Counted from the stretch's first letter, positions 26,240 through 36,299 are shown. The stretch is 42,145 bases of DNA from Candidatus Saccharimonadia bacterium (GCA_035510315.1 DATKHH010000003.1:1-42145), one strand, 5' to 3'. A program made the numbers and translations. The notes: generated from the sequence alone by a model not told the origin.

Positions 26240-27895
26240 ATGGATGGGTTTGTATTGGAACTGAAACAAAAAGGCTTTAAGGGTGAAATTGCTAGTGATC
26301 TTCAGACCCTGGAACAATATTCACACGATGCATCAATGTTTGAAATCTTGCCGGAGCTAGTTGTCTCCCCACTTGACACTAATGACGTCTGCATTCTTGT
26401 TAATGTAATTACTAAAGAAAAGAAGCATAACGCTAAACTGTCTTTAACAGCTCGATCTGCTGGTACTGACATGTCGGGAGGGGCGATAAACGATTCTATA
26501 ATAGTAGACTTCATGAGACACATTAATTCTATCGAGGAAGTTACCGATAAATATACAAGAGTTCAGCCAGGGACGTTTTATAGAGATTTAGAGAAAGCAA
26601 CACTTAAAAAAAATGCGCTAATGCCATTCTCTCCAGCTTCCAGAGAGTTGTGTGCTGTAGGTGGTATTGTTAACAATAACTCTGGTGGCGAACTTTCTCT
26701 ACGATATGGAAAAGCAGAAGACTATGTGAATGAATTAGACGTAGTCCTATCGGACGGTCAATCCTATAAGCTAAAGCCGCTAAACGAGCAAGAACTTAAA
26801 CAAAAAATGGCTGGAAATACTTTTGAAGCTAAAGTATATAAACAAATTTATAATTTAATAGATAAGAACTATGACCTGATAAAGAACGCAAAGCCAAAGG
26901 TTACAAAAAATTCCACTGGATATAATTTATGGGATATTTGGGATAGACAGACTGGGATATTTGATCTCACTAAATTGTTTGTTGGCGGACAGGGTACGCT
27001 AGGTTTTGTAACGGAGGTTAATTTCAGGCTTATTAAAGTTTTGCCATACGGAGGTGTTTTAGTTTTATTCCTCAAGAATATTGATAATCTTGGTGAAATT
27101 ATCAATGCGATCCTGCCTCACAAGCCAGCCAGCCTAGAATCTTTTGATAATTACACTCTATGGTTTTCTATTAAGTTCCTGCCATATTTTCGTAAAACAA
27201 TCGGCTGGAAAGGTGTCATAAAGTTAGTCGCCAGTTTAATACCAGATGCGTTGGTATTCTTTAAGGGCATACCGAAAATGGTAGTATTAATTGAGTTTAT
27301 AGGTCAAACGCAGGACGAGGTAGATAGACAGATCCTGAGCATGCAAGCAGACCTTAAGAGTAAGTTTAAACTTGAAGGCGTAGAGGATGACAATACTCTC
27401 AAAAAAGCCTGGAAGTTTAGAATCATGCGAAGAGAAAGTTTTAATCTATTACGTAAAAAGGTAAAAGATAAGCATACAGCGCCATTTATTGATGACTTGG
27501 TAGTGCCTCCTCCAAGGTTAGTTGAATTTCTTCCACAACTGAGAGCGATACTAAAAAAGTATAAACTTTTGGCAACAATCGCTGGTCATCTTGGAGACGG
27601 TAATTTTCATGTTATACCGCTCATGAAATTTGAACTTGAAAGCGAGAGACAAAAAATTGAGCCAGTAATGAAAGAAGTTAATGAGTTGGTTCTTAGTTAT
27701 GGTGGATCATTGTCGGGCGAACATAATGATGGGCTTATTAGAGGGCCTTGGCTAGAGAGATCTTACGGCAAAGAAGTTTATGATTTATTCGTCGCCACTA
27801 AGAAAATATTTGACCCAGAAGACATCTTTAACCCTCACAAAAAGACTGATGCGAATTGGGAATATACTGCGGGCAAAATAAGACAACATTTCTAA
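26240..27895 (+). CDS. FAD-binding oxidoreductase (GlcD / D-lactate dehydrogenase family)
   Basis: FAD_binding_4-type N-domain (RSAGTDMSGG, GG.VNNNSGG) and a C-terminal FAD-oxidase domain (GHLGDGNFH, GG..SGEH.DG). The substrate cannot be called from the sequence. Confidence 0.75.
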   Translation: MDGFVLELKQKGFKGEIASDLQTLEQYSHDASMFEILPELVVSPLDTNDVCILVNVITKEKKHNAKLSLTARSAGTDMSGGAINDSIIVDFMRHINSIEEVTDKYTRVQPGTFYRDLEKATLKKNALMPFSPASRELCAVGGIVNNNSGGELSLRYGKAEDYVNELDVVLSDGQSYKLKPLNEQELKQKMAGNTFEAKVYKQIYNLIDKNYDLIKNAKPKVTKNSTGYNLWDIWDRQTGIFDLTKLFVGGQGTLGFVTEVNFRLIKVLPYGGVLVLFLKNIDNLGEIINAILPHKPASLESFDNYTLWFSIKFLPYFRKTIGWKGVIKLVASLIPDALVFFKGIPKMVVLIEFIGQTQDEVDRQILSMQADLKSKFKLEGVEDDNTLKKAWKFRIMRRESFNLLRKKVKDKHTAPFIDDLVVPPPRLVEFLPQLRAILKKYKLLATIAGHLGDGNFHVIPLMKFELESERQKIEPVMKEVNELVLSYGGSLSGEHNDGLIRGPWLERSYGKEVYDLFVATKKIFDPEDIFNPHKKTDANWEYTAGKIRQHF

Positions 27896-27915
27896 ATGTT
27901 ATAATTTATAGATAT

Positions 27916-29235
27916 ATGAATATACTTTCTGCAGCTAGGGGCCTAACTGGAGACACATTAGCCTTTCATTTGCTTCTGGTAACGTTTGGAGTTGGTCTAC
28001 CTATAGTAATATCTATCTTTGAACTTATATATCTTATAAATAAAAAACCTTATTATAAGGCAGTAGTAAAAACTTGGACTAAAGCTTTAGTTGTTCTATT
28101 TATTGCAGGTGCCGTATCTGGAATGATAGTCAGTATGTCGTTTAGTATAATCTGGCCACAGTTTATTAGTTTTGCTGGTAAGGTGGTTGGCGTTGGTTTC
28201 GCCTTAGAAGGTTTTGCATTTTTTGTTGAAGTTTTATTCTTACTTGTATATGTCCTATCATTTGATAAGTTTAAACCGATATATCATTGGTTAATATCTT
28301 TGATGTTGGTCATATCTTCTTCGGGATCAGCTTTTTTTATTACATCGGTTAATGCATGGATGAACGATCCAACGGGTTTCCGTCTAAATTCTAAAGGCCA
28401 GCCAATTGATATAAATCCCTGGAAGGCAATATTTAATAAAGCTACTCCAACCGAAGTCTCGCATTCTATCGTCGCATACATACTGTGTGTTTTATTAGTT
28501 CTTTTGGCGGTTCACTCTTGGCCGTTTCTTAAAAATAAATACAAGAAACAAGAAGTAAAGTATAAGAACCGAATAGAATTAATTAATATTTTAGTCATTT
28601 TAGCTCTTATATTTTCGCTCGCAGTAGCAGTACTTGGAGACGCGTCGGGCAAATACTTAGCCAAAAATGAACCATACAAACTTGCGGCTGCAGAAGGGAT
28701 TATTCATACCCAATCACATGCACCTTTAGTTATTGGCGATATAGTACATGGTAATAGCGTTAGTGGTGGACTGAAAATACCGGGCCTGCTTAGTTATTTG
28801 TCTACGGGTAGTACCAAGGGAGTAGTTATTGGTTTGGATAGTTTTCCAGCTTCACAGAGACCACCACTTTATGTCCATTATTTTTTCGACGCCATGGCAG
28901 GTATTGGCACATTTATAGTTGGCTATTTAGTTTTATATGTATTTTTCGTTACCTATCGTAAAAAACTTGTTGGTAGGAAATTCTTAACTTACGGATTTTT
29001 ACTTTTAGCTATTTTGGGTATGTGTGCAGTAGAGTTTGGTTGGCTTACGACAGAATTTGGCAGACAACCATATATAATTCACGGTGTTATGTTGGTATCT
29101 CAAGCAGTTAACCATTCAAAGACTATTATTGGTTTTTCAGAACTTTTCCCGGTACTTTATGTTATTCTTTTTATCCTGACAATAATTGCTCTCAAACGTA
29201 TTAAGAGCGAAATAACTGAGAAGGATTCTATATAA
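27916..29235 (+). CDS. cydA: Cytochrome bd oxidase subunit I (short Q-loop type)
   Basis: N-terminal AFHLL histidine, EVSHS histidine, and EFGRQPY. I prefer the ATG at 27916; the ORF-track start at 27856 would overlap the upstream gene by 40 nt. Confidence 0.85.
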   Translation: MNILSAARGLTGDTLAFHLLLVTFGVGLPIVISIFELIYLINKKPYYKAVVKTWTKALVVLFIAGAVSGMIVSMSFSIIWPQFISFAGKVVGVGFALEGFAFFVEVLFLLVYVLSFDKFKPIYHWLISLMLVISSSGSAFFITSVNAWMNDPTGFRLNSKGQPIDINPWKAIFNKATPTEVSHSIVAYILCVLLVLLAVHSWPFLKNKYKKQEVKYKNRIELINILVILALIFSLAVAVLGDASGKYLAKNEPYKLAAAEGIIHTQSHAPLVIGDIVHGNSVSGGLKIPGLLSYLSTGSTKGVVIGLDSFPASQRPPLYVHYFFDAMAGIGTFIVGYLVLYVFFVTYRKKLVGRKFLTYGFLLLAILGMCAVEFGWLTTEFGRQPYIIHGVMLVSQAVNHSKTIIGFSELFPVLYVILFILTIIALKRIKSEITEKDSI

Positions 29236-30164
29236 TGACGACTGCAGCTATTATATTGATTGTCATTATGTTTTCTGTATATGGTTTACTTACTTCAATC
29301 GAATGTGGTGTGTGTTGGACAATGTTATTTCCGAAACTTACAAATAACCCAAGATCTAATAATATCTATACGCCGATATGGGAAATTACTAACGTTTTCT
29401 TGGTTTTTGGGATGACTGCAATGGCAATGTTCTTTAACGGTGGACTAGTGAAAATTATTGATAAGAACGCTTATTTATTATTCATAGCAGGTTTGGGTTT
29501 GTTGGTTAGGGCTGTGACAGGTCTATATATTTTTTATGTCCGAAAAAACCCTGCTAAACTGTCAAAATTCATTTTACTTTGCGCTAGCTATCTAACTCCG
29601 ATTTGTATTGGTTGTGTAGGTATATATCTTTTTACGGGTCATAAGTTTAGTGCGACACATCTGGGTCAGACATTGCTTCTATCAATCTTTTTTGGGTTAA
29701 CGCTTATTGGTATTGCTTTTGCCAATAGGTTTAAATTAAAAATTGTAAACAAAGTAAAATATACTCTATATGCTTTGTATCTTGTCTGGGCCATTTTACT
29801 TGGGTATTTTTTGCCCAAGACAGCACAATCGTTAAATGTAAATTTGGTTAGATTACCACTGGCATTAATTGCTTTGATAATAGCGACATCAACAATAGTC
29901 TATTTTGGTTTTGCTGCTATGAAAGATAAGGTCCATGAGTTGTATCAATTTGTTATGGCAGTTGCCTTTATTGTGCCTGTCATTTTAGCCGTAGATTTAA
30001 GGCCATACCTCATATTCAACAATATAACTCTGGCAAAAGCGTATGGTGCTTCAGCGTATCAATATTCGATAATAGTTGGCACAATAATATGTACACCACT
30101 GCTTTTATTTGCGGGCTATCTGATATTCAAACTTTTAATTGACGCTGAAAAATCCAAAAAATAA
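29235..30164 (+). CDS. cydB: Cytochrome bd oxidase subunit II
   Basis: TAATG overlap with cydA. It is a polytopic 309-aa protein in the canonical position. Confidence 0.75.
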   Translation: MTTAAIILIVIMFSVYGLLTSIECGVCWTMLFPKLTNNPRSNNIYTPIWEITNVFLVFGMTAMAMFFNGGLVKIIDKNAYLLFIAGLGLLVRAVTGLYIFYVRKNPAKLSKFILLCASYLTPICIGCVGIYLFTGHKFSATHLGQTLLLSIFFGLTLIGIAFANRFKLKIVNKVKYTLYALYLVWAILLGYFLPKTAQSLNVNLVRLPLALIALIIATSTIVYFGFAAMKDKVHELYQFVMAVAFIVPVILAVDLRPYLIFNNITLAKAYGASAYQYSIIVGTIICTPLLLFAGYLIFKLLIDAEKSKK

Positions 30165-30169
30165 AACTA

Positions 30170-30616
30170 TCAAGGATTGTTTATACTTCTAATAGCTCTA
30201 TCTAGATAGACGTATTCTTCTGTTTTTAGTGGCCTATATATATTATCGATTTCTTCTTCATAGATTTGGAATCCTGGAAAATATTTATCACTATCTTCGC
30301 GAATGCTGTAACTAGTCATAATAGATCTACCATTTTCTTGGAGCAGTAATTTGGTTATTTGTATTTGTAATGAGTTGTTTTTATAATCCCAGTATGAAAC
30401 AGACCAAAAGCAGCCATCAAAAGATGTTTCATTAGCCCACCAATCATAGTCTATAGGGCTCTCCAGTCCATCGTTTTTCCTATGTTTTATGGTCTTCGAT
30501 CCACTCAGTGCAAAACGTTTAGCATTTTGAATAATCTCACTTTGAATATCTATTAGTCGTTGAGTGCTAATATTACTGTCTTGTTTATAATCTGTGGTGT
30601 TATCTTGTGGGTTCAT
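30170..30616 (-). CDS. Hypothetical protein, 148 aa, W/Y-rich
   Basis: Clean ORF 5 nt downstream of trhO on the same strand. I recognise no motif. Confidence 0.6.
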   Translation of the reverse strand: MNPQDNTTDYKQDSNISTQRLIDIQSEIIQNAKRFALSGSKTIKHRKNDGLESPIDYDWWANETSFDGCFWSVSYWDYKNNSLQIQITKLLLQENGRSIMTSYSIREDSDKYFPGFQIYEEEIDNIYRPLKTEEYVYLDRAIRSINNP

Positions 30617-30621
30617 ACAAG

Positions 30622-31527
30622 TTAAATAGTATTTAGGTTAAGCTTAACCTTAATAGTAGCTGATTTTGGCTCATTAATACAGAATTCATTAGCGGAACAG
30701 TCGTTACAACATAAAAACAAGAGGTTGCATGGTTTATTGGCACAATTTATATACCTGTTAGTTTTCAACTTACAAAATACACATGTACCAAGTTTTTTAG
30801 TTTGTTTTGAATAGTTTATGGTCATTCTGCGATCAAATACGTATAGTGATCCTTCCCATAGTCCACTATCACCAAACTTTTCACAGTAGTTTACTATGCC
30901 ACCGCTCAGTTGATAAACGTTCTTAAAGCCATTATTAATAAGCAGTGTACTTAATACTTCACACCTTATTCCACCAGTGCAATATGTAACAATAGTCTTA
31001 TTTTTTAGGTAATCATACTTAAAACTTTTAATTTCATCTAAAAATTCTTTAGTTTTATTTATATTGGGTAACACAGCACCTTTGAACCTGCCAATGGCAC
31101 TCTCATAGTTATTTCTACCATCAAAGAAGACTACCTCGTCACCTTTTTCCTCTATTAACTTATGTAGTGCTTCCGCTTCGATATGTTTTCCAGCTCCCAC
31201 TACTCCTTTTTTAGTTACTTTTATTTTGTCTGTTGCATCAAAAGTTATGATTTCATCTCTAACTTTTATTGATAGTTTTGGAAATACGTCTTTTGCTCCA
31301 TCACTCCATTTGTATGCTACGTTCTTAAGTAATTTACTTTCCTCATTAGAGTTTATATATTTTTTTAGGTTAAGTTTGTTGCCACCAAGAGTGCCATTAA
31401 TACCGTGTTTGGATATTAAAATTCTTCCTTTCAAATTCAAATCTGAACACAGATTTCTTTGTTGTTGCATCAAAGCTTGTGGATCTTCAACTGGTATAAA
31501 TTTATAGTAGAGAATTATTTTTCCCAT
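30622..31527 (-). CDS. trhO: Rhodanese-domain protein of the UPF0176/TrhO family (tRNA uridine-34 hydroxylase)
   Basis: ILYYKF N-terminus, rhodanese active-site loop YCTGGIRCE and a C-terminal Cys-rich tail (CVFC...C...CN...CC..C). Confidence 0.8.
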   Translation of the reverse strand: MGKIILYYKFIPVEDPQALMQQQRNLCSDLNLKGRILISKHGINGTLGGNKLNLKKYINSNEESKLLKNVAYKWSDGAKDVFPKLSIKVRDEIITFDATDKIKVTKKGVVGAGKHIEAEALHKLIEEKGDEVVFFDGRNNYESAIGRFKGAVLPNINKTKEFLDEIKSFKYDYLKNKTIVTYCTGGIRCEVLSTLLINNGFKNVYQLSGGIVNYCEKFGDSGLWEGSLYVFDRRMTINYSKQTKKLGTCVFCKLKTNRYINCANKPCNLLFLCCNDCSANEFCINEPKSATIKVKLNLNTI

Positions 31528-31601
31528 TGCACTACTAAGTTTAACAAACTAACCTACATACTATCCAGATAGGATTATTTTTTGTCTAGGTATAGTAGTT
31601 A

Positions 31602-32120
31602 CTAGTTTGAGGAGGGTGTGGATGAAGATGATTGGCTTGGTCCAGAGAAGTTAACAACGGTTAGGCTTGTAGCATTATTTGTATTTGATGGGTCTAGAGC
31701 TATTATAACGGTTTGACCTACGCTAATAGATGACAGGGATATGGATTGTTGGTTTTCGGTAATTGTAGTGCTACTAGTGATATTTATTGTACTCGAAGTG
31801 TTTGTACGGGTGTTACTAACGGTGATACTTGAAGAGCCAATTGCAGTAACGTCTCCAAACAATCTATTAGCACCAAATCTGCCTCCGCCATTGCTGCCAA
31901 AAGGTGATCGATTATTACCATTAATTGTAGTCGATGTTGTTGCTAGGGTTTTGTTGTGATGATTCTGATAGACTGTACCTAAGTAAAATAAAAGGACGGA
32001 ATATATAACTAGTCCTACAGCAAGCAATATTATCTTATTGTAGCTACCATTGTTTTTCCCTTTCTGATAGTTTAGTGACTTAAAGTCTTCTCCAGATATG
32101 AAATCATCCTTTTCGGCCAT
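31602..32120 (-). CDS. Membrane-anchored S/T/N-rich protein, 172 aa, possible accessory subunit of the ABC transporter
   Basis: One TM segment (IILLAVGLVIYSVLLFYLG). The following beta-strand-like segment VTAIGSSSITVSN...ITSSTTITENQQSISLSSISVGQTVIIAL resembles DUF5666-type domains; this is from memory and unverified. A 1-nt gap separates it from the ATPase gene. Confidence 0.6.
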   Translation of the reverse strand: MAEKDDFISGEDFKSLNYQKGKNNGSYNKIILLAVGLVIYSVLLFYLGTVYQNHHNKTLATTSTTINGNNRSPFGSNGGGRFGANRLFGDVTAIGSSSITVSNTRTNTSSTINITSSTTITENQQSISLSSISVGQTVIIALDPSNTNNATSLTVVNFSGPSQSSSSTPSSN

Positions 32121-32121
32121 A

Positions 32122-32790
32122 TTATTTCTCCAATTTACCGTCTTTTAGTTTAAATGTTTTATCAGTTTTACCAGCTATATCTAAATCATGAGTTACGGTT
32201 ATAATTGTAGTCTTTTCGCTTTTGGCGAGGTCGTGCAGTAGATCGAAAATCATTTTTCCAGTTTGTGAATCAAGGTTGCCAGTTGGCTCATCAGCTAATA
32301 TAAGACTTGGCTTGTTAGCTAACGCACGTGCAATGGCTACGCGTTGTTGTTGTCCGCCACTTAACTTACCCGGTTTACGAGTGTGTTCGTTTTCGCTTAG
32401 ACCTACTTGATCAAGTAGCTGTTTTGCACGCGTGAGGCGTTCTTTTTTAGGCGTTTTGGCATACTCCATTGGCAACATAACATTTTCTAAGGCTGTTAGG
32501 TTTGGGACAAGATTATAGCTTTGAAACACAAAGCCTATTTTTCGACCACGGTATTTAATCAATGCATGGTCGCTAAGTTTGGTTATGTCTGTGTCTCCTA
32601 TTTCAATAGATCCGGCACTTGGTTTATCTAAAGCACCCAGGAGGCTAAGTAGCGTACTCTTACCGCTTCCGCTGCGACCAACGATTGATGCAAATTGGCC
32701 TTCTGGTACGTTCAGAGATATGTCATTTACGGCTCTAACTTTTACGTCTCCGGACTTAAAGTCCTTGGTTAGGTTTGTTACTTTCAACAT
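32122..32790 (-). CDS. ABC transporter ATP-binding protein (MacB/LolD type)
   Basis: Walker [10 protein letters not shown], signature LSGGQQQR, Walker B LILADEPT and an H-loop (VTHD). Confidence 0.95.
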   Translation of the reverse strand: MLKVTNLTKDFKSGDVKVRAVNDISLNVPEGQFASIVGRSGSGKSTLLSLLGALDKPSAGSIEIGDTDITKLSDHALIKYRGRKIGFVFQSYNLVPNLTALENVMLPMEYAKTPKKERLTRAKQLLDQVGLSENEHTRKPGKLSGGQQQRVAIARALANKPSLILADEPTGNLDSQTGKMIFDLLHDLAKSEKTTIITVTHDLDIAGKTDKTFKLKDGKLEK

Positions 32791-34184
32791 TATTCTATCC
32801 TCATAACTTCCGCCGGTCTTATTTTTGCGATTATAAATGAAGCTACAGCACTACCAACTATTGCTATAACTAAAGCCGCTAGAATTCCATATATGATTAT
32901 ATTCCATCCAACTGCTGTGTGTATTGAACTAAAATCACTTCTAATTCCCCCAAAAACTCTATGTGGCGTAGAACCACTAAATCCTCCTCCACCTCTACCA
33001 CCAGAGCTAAATGAGCTACTATTTGAAGTAGAACTACTGTTGTTTACTAGTAGTTTAGTAATTGGGTTTCCGGCGACAAAGCCAATAAGTATACCAATAA
33101 TTGATGCTAGTAGAGTTAGAGTTACCGCTTCGGTCATAAATTGTATCATTATGTTTATGTTTGATGCGCCAATAGCTTTAACGACTCCTATTTCACGGCG
33201 ACGCTCACGAACAATCATAACCATAGTCAGTAGAATTATAATGCCCCCAGCTACTACTGCACCGATGAGAGAGTAAAGTGACACGGTTTTTACGCTATTT
33301 AGTGGTGCAACTGTATTGTTAGCTTGTGTCACTGAACTGGTGACATCGGCAGTAGATGAGCCGAGTGTCTTTTTTATAGCTGAAGTTACTGAAGCTAAAT
33401 TACTAAGTGAGTCAACAGTGGCAACTGCGCTAGTAATATCTCCACTTTGTCCACTTAAACGTTGCTCGGTTGGTAGGGATACTACAACTGTTCCGGCAGC
33501 AGATTCATTACTACTGACAGTAAAGATTCCGGTTACGGTCATGGTTGTGCTATATGCGGTGAACGTAGAGCCAACCTTTAAGTTATTTTTATTAGCCATA
33601 CTTTTACTTACCATAGCGTTGTTAGCATTGCTCATACCATTTAAAACTTGGCCGCTAATTAAGGTAAGTGGTGTGCCACCTAAACTAGTTGTGTCATTGG
33701 TACCAGTGATTGATATCGGAGGAGTAAAGTTAGTTGGTAAGCTCCCACCACCAGATATGAAGAAATGGCCACCACCAGGCCCACCACCACCAGTATTTAT
33801 ATTGACGGGGGAAGTTAAGCTTGTCTGTGAGCTAGTTGAGGTTGATTGACTTGAGAAAAAAGACTGTGTCGATGAGCCAATGGTCGTTAGTCTATCGGTT
33901 AAGCTTTCTTGAACATTAGTTACGTGAGGTAACGTACTAACCTTAGAGAGTTCGCTTGTAGTTAGTGAGTTATTGACTGAGCTAAAACCACTGAAACCAG
34001 CTGGGGAGATACTGACTGTATTACCAATCGAACTTTCCACTGACTTTATTTTGTCACCAACAGCTTGGTGTGCTACTAACATGGATAGTGACAAACCTAT
34101 AATGAGACCAAGTATGACTACTATTGAAAAAGTTCTAATTACATTTCTGAACGCATTCCTGATTCCTCTACTAACAGTATTCAT
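32790..34184 (-). CDS. ABC transporter permease, FtsX/MacB type, with a large S/T/G-rich extracytoplasmic domain
   Basis: N-terminal TM segment, an ectodomain of about 280 aa and a C-terminal FtsX module (RRREIGVVKAIGAS...). I prefer the ATG at 34184 with the aaagga RBS; the ORF track extends to 34217. Confidence 0.85.
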   Translation of the reverse strand: MNTVSRGIRNAFRNVIRTFSIVVILGLIIGLSLSMLVAHQAVGDKIKSVESSIGNTVSISPAGFSGFSSVNNSLTTSELSKVSTLPHVTNVQESLTDRLTTIGSSTQSFFSSQSTSTSSQTSLTSPVNINTGGGGPGGGHFFISGGGSLPTNFTPPISITGTNDTTSLGGTPLTLISGQVLNGMSNANNAMVSKSMANKNNLKVGSTFTAYSTTMTVTGIFTVSSNESAAGTVVVSLPTEQRLSGQSGDITSAVATVDSLSNLASVTSAIKKTLGSSTADVTSSVTQANNTVAPLNSVKTVSLYSLIGAVVAGGIIILLTMVMIVRERRREIGVVKAIGASNINIMIQFMTEAVTLTLLASIIGILIGFVAGNPITKLLVNNSSSTSNSSSFSSGGRGGGGFSGSTPHRVFGGIRSDFSSIHTAVGWNIIIYGILAALVIAIVGSAVASFIIAKIRPAEVMRIE

Positions 34185-34264
34185 TGAGATTCCTTTATAA
34201 TAAATTAATAGATTCATTATTCAACTTATTGCTGAAGCGTGGCTGAATATAACTACATTAAGGT

Positions 34265-35536
34265 TTAATCAGGGTGTTTTTGATAATTGGATTTTAACAG
34301 TAGCTCAAAATATTTTGTTCCTCCAAAGGGCACTTTTTGCTTAACTATTTTATTGCCAATCTTGGCGTTAGCTGAACCAATAACAAAGTTACCAAATCTT
34401 CCGTTGAGATTATCGATGGCTTTGGTTAGTCGTTCTTGTTTATTGATATTATCAAAAAGACTAATTTGATCTCTAGTTGATGGTTTTAATGCGTAGCAGC
34501 TTATACCCATAGTTTTGACTATCAGGCCCCTCGGCCTTTGGTTGAATAAACATAGAGCTTTTTGATATATGTCTTTATCTGAAAAAAACACTGATTTAAA
34601 CATTTTGCGCATATACCAGTTAGCGTGGTTTTGGTGATTGAGCCAGACAATAATGCCCTGAGCATCTACGCAGTTAAAGCGTAGTTTTTTGCCCACAGTT
34701 TCACATAAATAATGAAATCTTGGCAGCAATATATCATCATCAGTGCTGCTTATATCTAGAGCGTATTGCCTACCAACTGTGCCTAGTTTAGTTACAGTAT
34801 CATCTATCTCAAAGCCTCGCAGTCTTAGATACCAATCTTCGCCAACAAGACTGTGAAATACCAATTTTCTAAGGGTATCTTTGGGTGTATTTAGAAAATC
34901 TAGTGGGGTAAATATATTGGCAGCATTAAGACGTGCTTCAAAGTGTCTGGCAATACCAGTTAAATCTGTTAACTTTAGAGAGCTATAAACAGATTCAAGA
35001 TTTTGGTAATCAATAATGTCCAAACCGTCTGGTTTATGTAGATTTGCGGCGGTTTTAGCTAGAAATCTATTAGTTCCTATACCGATGTTTACCTTCATAT
35101 AGTGACCAAGTTCTTGGGCTACTTTTTTCTTAATCTCGTAGCCGATATTTTCTATTGATGCGTGGTGTAGGTTTGCCGTACCCTTAAAGTCAATAATGCC
35201 TTCATCTATGCTTTTCATTTGCACATTTGGTGAATAGCTTTGCATGATATTGGCGAGTGTCTCATAGACGTGGTGATACTTTGGGGGATCAGTTTCTAGC
35301 ATAATAAAATCGGGTATAATTTTTTGTGCTTCATCCAGGCGCATGCCAACTCTTATACCTTTTGCTTTGGCTTCATAAGAGGCTGCAATGACACAACAGT
35401 ATTTTGAAATTCTGTTAGTGACTCCGATGGCTTTACCTCTTAGTGACGGGTGAGCCTGTTGTTCTGCGCTGGCAAAGGCACTATTTAGGTCAATATGCAT
35501 TATCTGTGGCTTTTGGTGATTTATATAAAGGTTCAT
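34265..35536 (-). CDS. Y-family DNA polymerase, UmuC-like
   Basis: HIDLNSAFASAEQ (the D-x-N-x-F-x-AS-x-E form seen in UmuC), catalytic SIDEG and 423 aa, close to the 422 aa I recall for UmuC. Confidence 0.85.
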   Translation of the reverse strand: MNLYINHQKPQIMHIDLNSAFASAEQQAHPSLRGKAIGVTNRISKYCCVIAASYEAKAKGIRVGMRLDEAQKIIPDFIMLETDPPKYHHVYETLANIMQSYSPNVQMKSIDEGIIDFKGTANLHHASIENIGYEIKKKVAQELGHYMKVNIGIGTNRFLAKTAANLHKPDGLDIIDYQNLESVYSSLKLTDLTGIARHFEARLNAANIFTPLDFLNTPKDTLRKLVFHSLVGEDWYLRLRGFEIDDTVTKLGTVGRQYALDISSTDDDILLPRFHYLCETVGKKLRFNCVDAQGIIVWLNHQNHANWYMRKMFKSVFFSDKDIYQKALCLFNQRPRGLIVKTMGISCYALKPSTRDQISLFDNINKQERLTKAIDNLNGRFGNFVIGSANAKIGNKIVKQKVPFGGTKYFELLLKSNYQKHPD

Positions 35537-35544
35537 GGCTAGAT

Positions 35545-35811
35545 TTAGCTCTCAGTTATAGCGATTAGGGTCCAGGTCAAGCTCTCGGCATCAAATTCAA
35601 GACGGTAATCGTTAACTCCATCCGACATATCAAAAACGTGCACCATTCGCTTACCTTTTAAGGTAGGGTGTTTCATGCCTATTTCTGAAAATATTATATA
35701 TTGGTTTTTATATTTCATTTTGACTGGAAGACATATAGAGGACCAGTTTCTAGTGTTTTTGAAGACACTAATTACCTCTACTCTTTGATCAACAGTAATA
35801 GTGTTATTCAT
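35545..35811 (-). CDS. Hypothetical 88-aa protein immediately upstream of the Y-family polymerase
   Basis: Clean ORF 8 nt upstream of the polymerase ATG. I recognise no motif. Confidence 0.55.
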   Translation of the reverse strand: MNNTITVDQRVEVISVFKNTRNWSSICLPVKMKYKNQYIIFSEIGMKHPTLKGKRMVHVFDMSDGVNDYRLEFDAESLTWTLIAITES

Positions 35812-36002
35812 AATAAAAACTCCAAGTTAGAAAATCTTAGATTGCAAACTTAAATAAAAGAGGCTGTGACTTAAATTAGTTATAGAGGATGGCAGGGACC
35901 GTAGTATGCTTTCCCAAAGATGCTTTTGAAGCTTGCATGGAGGAAGATTTAAATCAGCCCATACACTGCTATGGATTATTATATCACTAAAATATGTCTA
36001 GA

Positions 36003-36299
36003 TTATCTTCTTAGTTGTTCTGCAAACTTGTCTGCTTCTTTAGCAAAGATGAAATCCTTTTTTGTAAGTCCGTTAGCTTGGTGGGTAGTCAAATGAATAA
36101 TTACTCTGTTATACGAATTTGACCAATCAGGATGGTGGTCAATTTTTTCAGCTACTAAGCTAAGTAAGTTTATGAACTCTATAGCTGTTCTAAAGCCCTT
36201 AAAACCAAATTCTTTAGTTAAAACGTTGCCTTCGAGTTTCCATTTATCCAAACTCTCTAAAGAAATATCAATTTCGTCTTGTTTTAACTTTTGCATCAT
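36003..36299 (-). CDS. Pterin-4-alpha-carbinolamine dehydratase (PCD/DCoH family)
   Basis: Signature DHHPDW...YN.V.I.L.TH, length 98 aa. Confidence 0.85.
   Translation of the reverse strand: MMQKLKQDEIDISLESLDKWKLEGNVLTKEFGFKGFRTAIEFINLLSLVAEKIDHHPDWSNSYNRVIIHLTTHQANGLTKKDFIFAKEADKFAEQLRR

Noticed and set aside
31226-34200. Multiple plus-strand ORFs (31226..31507, 31741..31959, 32222..32410, 32579..32806, 32893..33276, 33316..33849, 33973..34200) opposite trhO and the ABC transporter genes
   Set aside because: The minus-strand genes carry unambiguous Walker, ABC-signature, FtsX and rhodanese motifs. The antisense ORFs are low-complexity (P/L/V-rich) mirror images of S/T/G-rich coding sequence.
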